A DNA stretch of 9,597 nucleotides from assembly GCA_030141605.1 (NCBI GenBank), contig JAQGDQ010001973.1, positions 9,376-18,972 of the forward strand, given 5' to 3'. Under the pieces are notes generated by a model. It was not told the origin of the DNA, did not search any database, and saw only the letters and a program-made list of their open reading frames with translations. This DNA is from Tubiluchus corallicola. Its lineage: Eukaryota; Animalia; Priapulida. The position numbers and the translations under genes were made by a program. Below, in pieces: positions 1-8,872 of the stretch. Every line of letters begins with the position of its first letter. Position 1 is the stretch's first letter.

Positions 1-195
1 TGATGATGGCGACAACGACAATGATGATAACAGCCTAGTCAAACTATACAAAATATTTTACAATTACTGAAACTATGTGAAAAGTCAAATGCTCTCAGAC
101 CTTTTTATTGGTTATCGTTAATCCACAAACATTCTACACAGTGTTTGCTAACTGTTCCTTCTGATCTAAATAGGCTAACATTATACATCATATTA
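1..195 (-). mobile_element. Partial B-type Helitron-like arm (copy B0), continuing left of the window
   Basis: A GAT-rich start followed by gaaactatgtg, caaatgctctcagacc and cattctacacagtg is colinear with ~3940-4190 (gatactgtatg, caaatgctcttagacc, cattctacacagtg). It is also partly colinear with 2020-2147. Confidence 0.7.
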
Positions 196-212
196 TTATA
201 TTATTATATGAA

Positions 213-241
213 CTAGCAAAGGCCCCGCAAAAGATTTTGCG
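213..241 (-). terminator. Helitron 3' terminus of A1: hairpin plus CTAG
   Basis: CTAG at 213-216; inverted repeat CGCAAAA (226-232) / TTTTGCG (235-241). Confidence 0.75.
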
Positions 242-1032
242 TATAAATACACGTGTAATCAATAATACGCAAACGTCCTACCAAGTCCTCATTTATAACA
301 CAAAGCCCGTAACATCCTGCCTACTTACCTAAGGCAAAGCCAGCAGGCAGCTACTGTATGTCTGTTTATCTAACGCAGAGCAGCTTTTTGCTGAATTAAA
401 GTTATAGAGTACAATGGATGACGTCAGCACAATGGAATGCGTTAGGACAGTTTTCTAAGCGAAAATCGCCGAAAATAAAACACCTAATTAACTCGTCGAT
501 ACTCCTCTCCGTGGACCTGTCCTAACATATAGCCGACATCAGCGTGTAGCCCTGTTCTTCCTCTTTGTAAAGAGCCCCATATCTCCTTCCGAGAGTCCCA
601 CCAAGCGCCGTTAGAACGTTTTTCCCGCATGCTGTTTGGTCAAAATTTCGAAAAAATCGCGAGTTGGGTCCGGGAAAACGCCCGTTGCGGGGCGCCCTGG
701 CCCTCTCGGGAATTCTAAATATGCCTACTACACCCACCGCGGAACGGGCTATCTATCCATACCCAGCACCCCCCTGGGCCCGTTCCCGTTCTCTACATCT
801 CAGCCGTATAACTTTTGCAAAAAACGGCCGAAAAAGGGCCATTTTTGGGGGTTTTTCGCCTCCCCCTCCTCCTGGTGGGCCCGATTCGAAAAATAAACCC
901 CCAATGAGACGACACTAGATCGAGACCTTTCGTTTGATATATAGATCGCCGCAAATGGTGCCCTCGTCCGGGCTGTAGCCTCGAATCTTATATATAAATA
1001 AATATATATACCAAGAATATTAATATAAGAGA
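213..1032 (-). mobile_element. Non-autonomous Helitron-like element, subfamily A, copy A1 (~820 bp)
   Basis: On the minus strand it begins TCTCTTATATTAATA (1032), has a TA tract near the 5' end, and ends CGCAAAA-TC-TTTTGCG hairpin + 9 nt + CTAG-T (213-216). This is the canonical Helitron TC...hairpin-CTRR signature. No TIR, TSD or Rep/Hel coding is visible. It is closely similar to 2156-2952. Confidence 0.8.
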
Positions 1033-1079
1033 ACTAGCCAAACCCCACAAAAAGAATTTTGTGCACAAATCAACACAAA

Positions 1080-2008
1080 ACACACACCACACCACTCCAC
1101 CTCATCACACCACACCATACCACTCCACCACATCACACCGCACAGCACCACACCATAACACCACACCACCTACACACCACAGCACCCACACCATACCACT
1201 CCACCACACCGCACCACACCATACCACCTACACACCACACCACCCACACCATACCACTCCACCACCTCACACCACACTGCACCACACCATACCACTGCAC
1301 CACCCACACACCACACCACCCACACCATAATACTTCACCACATCACACCGCACAGCACCACACCATAAAACCTCACCGCACAGCACCACACCATAACACC
1401 ACACTGCACCACACCACCCACCCACCTACACACCACACCACACCATACCGCTGCAGCACACCGCACCACCCACACACCATACGACTCCACCACATCACAC
1501 CACACTGCACCACACCATACCACTGCACCGCACCACCCACACACCACAACACACCACCCACACCATAATACTCCACCACATCACACTGCACAGCACCACA
1601 CCATAACACCACACTGCACCACACCACCCACCCACCTACACACCACACCACCCACACCATACCACTCCACCACATCACACCCCACCGCACCACAACATAC
1701 CACTGCAGCACACCGCACGACCCACATACCACACCACACCAACCACACCATACGACTCCACCACATCACACCACACTGCACCACACCATACCACTGCACC
1801 ACACCACACCGCACCACCCACACACCACACCACACCACCCACACACCACACCATAATACTCCACCACATCACACCGCACTGCACCACAACACCCACTCCA
1901 TACCACACTACCCACACCACACCCCACACACCCTATCACCCCACCACACCACCCATAGCACAACACACAAAGCACACCACCACCACACCACATCAAATCC
2001 ACCACCTC
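1080..2008. repeat. Degenerate CACCA-type pentamer microsatellite with ~90-bp higher-order periodicity
   Basis: The + strand is C/A-rich and almost G-free. ctccaccacatcacac-like motifs occur at 1123, 1257, 1333, 1485, 1571, 1665, 1756 and 1859. A ~60-bp block at 1381-1440 recurs at ~1591-1650. Confidence 0.95.
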
Positions 2009-2015
2009 ACGTGGT

Positions 2016-2062
2016 GATCATGATGTTGATGATGATGATGATGATGGTGGCAACGATGACGA
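2016..2062. repeat. (GAT)n-type trinucleotide microsatellite
   Basis: gatgatgatgatgatgatg run; homologous tracts at 1-30 and 3927-3970. Confidence 0.9.
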
Positions 2063-2155
2063 CACCTATAGCACAAGCACCAACAGCACAGCATTACAAC
2101 AAAACCATTCCAAACATTTTTCACAAAGTTGAAACTATGTGCTATAATATAATAA

Positions 2156-2952
2156 ATAGCAAAGGCCCCGCAAAAGATTTTGCGTATAAATACACGTGTA
2201 ATCAATAATACGCGAACATCCTACCTAGTCCACATTTATAACACAAAGCCCGTAACATCGTGCCTACTGTTTGTTTAACTAACGCAAAGCCTGTAGCTTT
2301 TTGCTCAATTAAAGTTATAAGATTATAGACAGAGTACAATGGATGACGTCACAACAATGCCTTTGCGTCAGCAGTTTTCTAAGTGAAAATTGCCGAAAAT
2401 AGAACTCCTAACTAACTCGTTGATACTCCTCTCGGTGGACCTGCCCTAAAATATATCCCACATCATCGTGTAGCCCTGTCCTTCCTCTTTGTAAAGAGCT
2501 ATATATCTCCTTCCGAGAGTCCCACCAGGCGCCGCTAGAACGTTTTTCCCGCATGCTGTTTGGTCAAAATTTCGAAAAAATCGCGAGTTGGGTCCAGGAA
2601 AACGCCAGTTGCGGGGCGCCCTGGCCCTCTCGGGAATTCTAAATATGCCTACTACACCCACCGCTGAACGGGCTATCTATCCATACCCAGCACCCCCCTC
2701 GGCCCGTTCCCGTTCTCTACATCTCAGCCGTATAACTTTTACAAAAAACGGCCAAAAAAGGGCCATTTTTGGGGGTTTTTCGCCTCCCCCTCCTCCCGGT
2801 GGGCCCGATTCGAAAAATAAACCATCAATGGCACGACACTAGATCGAGACCTTTCGTTTGATATATAGATCGCCGCAAATGGTGCCCTCGTCGAAGCTGT
2901 AGCCTCGAATCTTATATATATATATATTAAGATACCAAGAATATTAATATAA
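2156..2952 (-). mobile_element. Helitron-like element, subfamily A, copy A2, nested in B1
   Basis: Colinear with 213-1030 and has the identical hairpin at 2169-2184. The terminal CTAG is changed to CTAT on the minus strand (atag at 2156-2159). The 5' end is ambiguous (2952-2963). Confidence 0.8.
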
Positions 2953-3624
2953 TAGTAGATAGATTACATCATAACAGCTAGCATGAATACAATGGAATGA
3001 CGTCAGAACAATGCAAATGTCACTGTAGCTTCTAAGCAAGAATCGCCCAAATTGGAAACTCTGATCAACTCGTCGCCACCCCTTTTGTTGGAAGCGAACC
3101 CAAAAGTGAGGCACATTGCCACGTAGCCCCGTTCATCCTCTTTCCAAAGAGCTATATATCTCTTTCCAAGAGTCCCACTAGGCACCGCTGCAACGTTTTT
3201 CTACAGGCTGTTTGGTTAAAATTTCGAAAAAAATCGGGGCTTTGTCCGGGAAAACGCCTGTTGCGAGATGTTGCGGCCCTCTCGCAAATTTCAAATATGC
3301 CTACTACACCCGCCATTGAACCGGCTATTCAACAATTACTGGCACCGCCAACGGCACGTTCCCGGTCTCTAGAAATAAGCGGTATAAGTTTTGCAATTTT
3401 TTGCAAAAAAAAACCGGTCAAAAGGGCGTTTTTTTAGGCTTTTTGCCCCTCTCCGTCCCACCCTGTGGATCGAGACTTTCGTTTGGCGTACAGATAGCCG
3501 AGAACGGTTCTGTCGTCAGAGCTGTAGTCTCGTCGGTTATATACACATATAAATGCACGTACGACCGAAATTAATACATTAATACTAGCTTGGCCCGCAA
3601 AAAAATTTTGCACATTAACCCACA

Positions 3625-3920
3625 ATGACAAACCATACTACGTCCACCACCACCCCACACCACCCATATCACACCACCTACACTAACATCACTCACAACA
3701 CACCACCCGCAACATACCACGCTACACCCGTCACACTACACCAACACCCAGAACACACCGATTACACCATACCACCCACCACATCATCCGCACCACACCA
3801 CAACACCCACACCATCCACGTTACACCATGCCACTCCACCTATGACGTGCCACACCCATTACAACATTCCACAGCCACCACACCACACCACACCACACCA
3901 CACCAAACCCACCACATCAC
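3625..3920. repeat. Degenerate CACCA-type low-complexity tract in B2
   Basis: Same position within the element as 1080-2008, but about one third the length and more degenerate. Confidence 0.85.
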
Positions 3921-3979
3921 ATGGTGATCATGATGATAATGGCAATGATGATGATGACGACGATAATGACAACACAAAC

Positions 3980-4015
3980 AACACCAACACCAACACCAAC
4001 ACCAACACCAACACC
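3980..4015. repeat. (AACACC)6 perfect hexamer microsatellite
   Basis: Six exact tandem copies counted. Confidence 0.95.
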
Positions 4016-4841
4016 AACAGCACAGCATCATAGTGAAACCTTGCAAAACATTTTGCACAAAATTGATACTGTATGCTATAACAAATGCTCTTAGACCCAT
4101 CCATCAATGATCAATAATGCAAGGACATTCTACACAGTGCTTACACACTGCTCCGCCGTTTGATAATAGTAATAGATCAACGTTATAACACTTGCATTAC
4201 AACAGCCAGCAGCAGCTTTTACTGAATTAAAGTTATAGGCAAAGTATAATGGATGACATCAGAACAATGGCTTTGTGTCAGTAGTTTTCCAAACGAAAAT
4301 CGCTCGAAATAGAACCTCCAATCAACTTATCGCCACTCCCCTTGGTGGAAGTGTCCTAAAATGCAACCCACATAATCGTGTAGCCCCGTTCCTCCTCTTT
4401 CTAAAGAGCTATACATCGCCTTCCGAGAGTCACACGGGTACCGCTAGAACGTTTTTTCTATAGGCTGTTTAGTCAAAATTTCAAAAAAATCGATAGTTGG
4501 GTCCGGGAAAACATCCGTTACGGGATGCCATGGTCCTCCCATGAATCTTAAATACATCTACTACACCCACTGTTGAATGGGCTATTTAATCATTACTAGC
4601 ACCGCCCCGGCCTGCTCCCGTTCTTCAGAAATAAGAAGTATAAGTTTTGCAAAAAACGGCCGAACGGGCCATTTTTCCTCCCAGTGGGCCCGATTCGAAA
4701 AATAAACCCCAAAAGGCAAGACACTAGATCGAGGCCTTTCGTTTGACACGTAGATCCTGAAAATGGTGCCGTCGTTGGAGCTGTAGCCTCGAATCTCATA
4801 TATATATATATTAAGCCCATAACAGCGAAATTAATATGCGT

Positions 4842-6320
4842 TTGTATCTGGACCCAAAAAAGGCTTTTGGCGTATTAGATCATCTTGTACTTCTCGTCAA
4901 ATTGCAATCCTATGGTATCAGAGCAATATCCTTAGGTAGGTTTAAATCGTATCTCACAAATCGAAATCAAATTGTATAGTTTCAGAATAAATAGTCAAAA
5001 TATTATGATCTGCCAAATAAAGTGAAACAATTTACACTACAAATGTATGCCGATGATAGGACGGCATACGTAGGGGACAACAATTTTTTGAGGTTACACG
5101 AAAATTCCAAGAAGATGCAAACAAAATAAGTCAATGGATGACAGACAAAAAATGCAACTGAACTTAGAACAAACAAAAACTATAGTCGTATGCAGTTTAC
5201 AAAAAGCCACACATGCTGACACGACTGAGCTAAAACAGAATGAGACGCAATTATTTTAGAGCAGGTGGAAACTGAAAAACTCCTAGGTGTAATCATAGAC
5301 AATCGATTAGCTTGGCATGTTAGCATTTCCAAACTATGAGGTAAAATATCTAAAAGGGTTGCTGTTTTTAAAAAAGCGTACCCTTTCATCGATGCACCAA
5401 TTGCAGAAGCCTCATAATGCAATAATACAACGACATAATAACTATTGTGATACGATTTGGGGAAACTGTAAAAAATGAAAAAGATTTAGATTATATCTTG
5501 CAACTTCAAAAATGGCGGCAAAGACTATTGTGGGAAATCAAACTAATCCACTAAAAGTCTGCAAAAATCTTACCAATGAATACCTCATTGCATACCGAAA
5601 AATCATATTAGTACATAAATTTGTTATGAAGAATAACATTCCTAATATAATAAGACATAATTTCAAGCATTAGAAACAGGATACGGTACTAGATTAATGG
5701 TTAGTGGTCAGTTAAAAATTCCAAAACCTAGAAAAATTACAAAAGGGAATTCTTGAATACATTTTGAATACTCAGAAACCATTCTGTATAATGAATTGGT
5801 TGACACACTAAAATTCAAAATTACCCTCAATGCAGCTGAAAACTTCATTAACCTGAAAGTTATTTGATTAAATTATATTAGGTTTTTATCTATTAGTACT
5901 TTTACAATTTCAATATTTATGAAGCCTATTTTCATTTTATAACTACGTTCATTTCTTGCTGTTTACTTGAATGTCTGAACTGAATTATCATTGCTTTACT
6001 AAATAAAATTTAGCAAATAACTATTTTATTATTGTAAATTGCTTTTAAACTGACTGCTGAACTTTTTATACTACGGAAATTGCATGTCATATCAATATGA
6101 TTTACTTGAACGTCTATTAAAGTTCTTTTGCGTTACTCTTTATAGTATTATATTGTAATTGCTATTTTGTAACTACTGTTTAATTTATTGTCTTATTTTC
6201 TGTATTTTTACTGTAACCAACATCTTGAGCCTTTACGTAAACAATAGTCGTTTGTAACGATTTTTAAAGTGACCAAGTAAAAAATAAATTCTTGATTTTA
6301 CTTTTTCTCTTACTCTTACT
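4842..6320 (+). mobile_element. Decayed, 5'-truncated LINE (L2/Crack/CR1 group): RT pseudogene ~4842-5820 plus AT-rich 3' UTR
   Basis: Manual translation gives LYLDPKKAFGVLDHLVLLVKLQSYGIR..FKSYLTNRNQIV, YADD (5046-5057), EKLLGVIIDNRLAW, NYCDTIWGN, LQLQK and YGTR..LKIPKPR, with many stops and frameshifts. AATAAA lies at 6283-6288, followed by a short CTTACT-like tail. The 3' boundary is approximate. Confidence 0.88.
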
Positions 6321-7352
6321 AATTACCGCACAAGAGAGTGAAACCAACAAACTGTTAACGTTTTGTTGTTGGGTACCTAGTTACAATATAGGTCCTATAT
6401 AGAGTATATAGTTTTATAGTGTAAATATTTACTTAATTAAACCTGGGAATTTATGTGGTGCCTGTGTAGACTTCCCAGCTGTGTACCATGATTAACCAAA
6501 TCGTGAAGTCCAACAAGAGTTTCATGTAGTCTTATGCGTGCTTGGCTATCAGTGCATGTAGGAAACTTTCATTACACTATTAAGTTATTAGTACTCTTTA
6601 TGTAATCATGATTTTAGACTATGCTGTGCCATATTTCTTATTTTTATAGGTTTTGTTTTTAGTAGAATGTTAAATAACTAGATGGTGTTTTAATATTGTA
6701 ATACCAGTCAAGTGGCATGCATTTCTGATCATAGGATCCAAATGTATAAGTAAAATCTTTATAAAATAAGCTTAACACGAAACACTGTTTATTACGAATG
6801 CCTAGCGACATACCTTAACTAAATTAATATGAAATAGCTTGGAACAAAATTATGTTGGTTCCTTTCATTGCTGAAAAGAAAATACAAAAACTAATTTAAA
6901 ACATAATTTCAAAAAAATAATTTAAAACATGAGCATTTGTTACAAATTTAATTGTACACATTGCTCAAAAGACAAATGGGGTGTATTTTGCCTGGTATAC
7001 AAAAATTAGTGTTGTAGGAATTTCGAGTGTGCTAACCACTCTTGTTGTTCACCCCATCTTTCCATTCATTTGCTTAAATTCCCGTCTTGATTAAGTTTCG
7101 ACAACCACTTTCTACACGGGCACGTAAAATCAAAATAACACTACGATCATTAAAATGAGTTTTATAACCTAATATAAACAAGATAAGAAAAGCAGGGCAC
7201 GAAGATCTAGATTACATATATAGTGCTGCGTCTCTGAGCTTTCAATTTTTTAAGTACACGTAACTCTTTGAAATTAAAATTCCTAATTACCAAAACCCAA
7301 GGAGTTCCCGGATATTTATTTGGCAGGTCTATATAAATGCTATAATAACTAA

Positions 7353-7893
7353 ATCGTCCTAATATTTAAAAAAGGTGACCCTGTATATCCCCTTAATTAC
7401 CGCCCCATTTCTCAAACTTGCATTGCCTGGAAAGTGATAGAAATTTGTATTAAAGATGAACTTTTAGGTTATCTATTATTGCATAATTTAATCTCTAAAA
7501 TTTTGACATGGTCTTACGAAAAACAGGTCCACATGCACACAGTTACTTGAGATTGTTAATGACCGGTGCAAAAGTGTTGACAAAGATTTGCAAATAGATG
7601 TGACATACTATCACGCAAATGCGTTTGACAGCATTGTTCATTCAAAGCTGTTAATCAAATCGCAGTGTTATGGCGTTTCTGGTAATGGGTATTGTTAAAT
7701 AATCGTACCCAATGACTTCTCGTTGGTCAGGAATTTTCGCAATATAGACCGATTGTTTCTGAGATACTTCAAGGCAGTGTACTTGGGCCAATTTTGTTTA
7801 TTTTATTCATTAACGACTTACCATAAGAATTAGCAGCTATTAATTGTAAACTGTACGTTGACGATCTAAAATTGCATGCCTCTGTTCGCGACA
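7353..7893 (+). pseudogene. Decayed CR1-like non-LTR reverse transcriptase fragment
   Basis: Manual translation gives IFKKGDP..LNYRPISQTCIAWKVIE, HGLTKNRSTCTQLL, NAFDSIVHSKLL, QGSVLGPILFILFINDLP (from 7770) and YVDDLKL (YVDD at 7854-7865), with stops and frameshifts. Confidence 0.92.
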
Positions 7894-8102
7894 ACCATTT
7901 ACTAGCAAAAGTTGATACTAACTTTGTCTGTTTGGCTTGTATGGAATTTGCTAATTCTTTGTTATTAAAGTCAAATTATTATAACAAAGACTAAAGAAAG
8001 CACCTTGTGTTGTGAACATCGTCATATATTTTAAAAGGCAAGACAAGAAATCTTTTCTAATCACACATAGCAGCAGCAGTCTCACGATACCATAACCCTA
8101 TA

Positions 8103-8111
8103 TCTCCCCTC
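8103..8111 (-). other. Possible polypurine tract of the older Gypsy relic
   Basis: Minus strand reads GAGGGGAGA followed by TATAGGG (possibly a decayed TGTAGGG LTR start). It lies ~310 bp downstream of the integrase relic in the same orientation. The far end of that LTR was not found. Confidence 0.4.
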
Positions 8112-8423
8112 AAGCTTATAATGAAATGCTATTTAAGCTTACTGTTTATAGTTACCAAATGGTAGTTAGGGTATTCAGTGAAACAGTTAACATGAACATT
8201 TTAACATTAAAAGCAAACATAGAACTTGAACTAAAAAGTTGCCAAACTGTTGACTTGACTACTAATGTCGTAATTAAAGGTTGACTTCTCCTTTAATTGA
8301 GTGCTACTACTTGAACAAATTAAAGCAAAACAGAATAAATTTACAAATACTGTCAAACACAGTTTCCTCTAAATCACACTAAAATCATAATTCTTGAAGT
8401 GCAAAGTCTAAATTGGTAATAAT

Positions 8424-8621
8424 TGGTGATACATCATTCTGCAACGGTGTAGATCTATAAGTGAGTGAAGCGAGATAAGATCATCATTCTTCTGCAACAA
8501 AGCTTTAACTGTATAGAGAGCATGCTTAGCATCTCCATCATTGGCTTGAAGATACCTAGGCGAACTGGTGACATGCGTGAATTGTAATTTTGAGCACTGC
8601 TGAAAAGAATATGTTATGTTT
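8424..8621 (-). pseudogene. Degenerate Ty3/Gypsy (Mag/K02A2.6-like) integrase core fragment
   Basis: FTHVTSSPRYLQANDGDAKHALYTVKALLQKNDD, then a frameshift to YLASLTYRSTPLQNDVSP. This matches the family pattern HxTSSPxYPQxNGxAERxVxTVK...YRSTP...SP; the catalytic E is lost. Confidence 0.85.
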
Positions 8622-8671
8622 TGTTGTGTCTTGTAGAGAAAACCAGAAAACACGTCATCAAATTAAACTAG

Positions 8672-8677
8672 TTTATT
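8672..8677 (-). promoter_or_regulatory. LTR polyadenylation signal AATAAA
   Basis: tttatt on the + strand, ~50 bp from the LTR 3' end. Confidence 0.6.
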
Positions 8678-8819
8678 AAACGAGAATTCTACAACACAAA
8701 GTATGAAGGAACGCAAAATATACACAGTCAATGTGATAATCTGGAAACGTGAAAGCTAGAAAGCGAGAATCTGAGAATACGAGGCTACAAGAGAGTAAAC
8801 TCCAGCGGCCAGCTCCGCC

Positions 8820-8826
8820 TTATATA
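8820..8826 (-). promoter_or_regulatory. LTR TATA box
   Basis: Minus strand TATATAA, followed by GC-rich GGCGGAGCTGGCCGC. Confidence 0.65.
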
Positions 8827-8852
8827 TCAGTGCAAAGGAACAATCTAGAAAT

Positions 8853-8872
8853 AGAAAGTTCTCGAAGCTTCT
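8853..8872. promoter_or_regulatory. Perfect four-unit heat-shock element (HSF site) in LTR U3
   Basis: aGAAa gTTCt cGAAg cTTCt matches nGAAnnTTCnnGAAnnTTCn exactly. One-mismatch three-unit HSEs lie at 8837-8851 and 8904-8918. Confidence 0.75.

Larger units (their letters stand above)
1034..3583 (-). mobile_element. Helitron-like element, subfamily B, copy B1, split by A2 (parts 1034-~2147 and ~2953-3583)
   Basis: CTAG at 1034-1037 and hairpin CACAAAA (1046-1052) / TTTTGTG (1057-1063) are followed by CACCA and GAT tracts, as in B2. The core at 2953-3580 shares diagnostic variants with B2 rather than A (tcagaacaatg, attact.gcaccgcc, tataagttttgc, cgaaattaata). Confidence 0.7.
3585..4837 (-). 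mobile_element. Helitron-like element, subfamily B, copy B2 (uninterrupted, ~1.25 kb)
   Basis: CTAG at 3585-3588 with hairpin GCAAAA (3597-3602) / TTTTGC (3606-3611). It has a shorter CA-rich tract, GAT and AACACC repeats, and the shared core at ~4210-4837. The terminal TC is not preserved. Confidence 0.75.

Noticed and set aside
522-918. Short ORFs repeated at 2446-2842, 3003-3185 and 4275-4820
   Set aside because: They lie in the non-coding repeat core, show no recognisable motifs, and their frames are not kept in the B copies.
1080-2008. Telomeric repeat or CRISPR-like array
   Set aside because: There is no fixed telomere unit and no constant repeat with unique spacers. The tract is internal to a repeat element in eukaryotic TE context.
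1059-2208. His/Thr/Pro-rich, Val/Trp/Cys/Gly-rich and poly-Met/His ORFs
   Set aside because: These are translations of stop-poor CACCA and GAT microsatellites, open in many frames on both strands.
3625-4100. ORFs with THH, CW and NT repeats
   Set aside because: Microsatellite artefacts.
5180-5422. 80-aa minus-strand ORF
   Set aside because: Antisense shadow of the LINE RT pseudogene.
6344-6372. CCAACAA/TTGTTGG inverted repeat
   Set aside because: Only 7 bp in low-complexity sequence with no associated structure.
6442-6567. Possible minus-strand host exon (FPTCTDSQARIRLHETLVGLHDLVNHG..SQ, ending CAG/GT)
   Set aside because: The acceptor is weak, there is no recognisable homology, and 41 open codons can arise by chance. 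RNA-seq would be needed.
7066-7140. Minus-strand FTCPCRKWLSKLNQDG, faintly like a PLAT-domain end
   Set aside because: Too short, bounded by stops, and with no supporting exons.
8008-8014. Second TGTTGTG as an alternative LTR boundary
   Set aside because: It would place the integrase relic inside the LTR. The 8622 boundary fits the AATAAA position and the relic breakpoint better.
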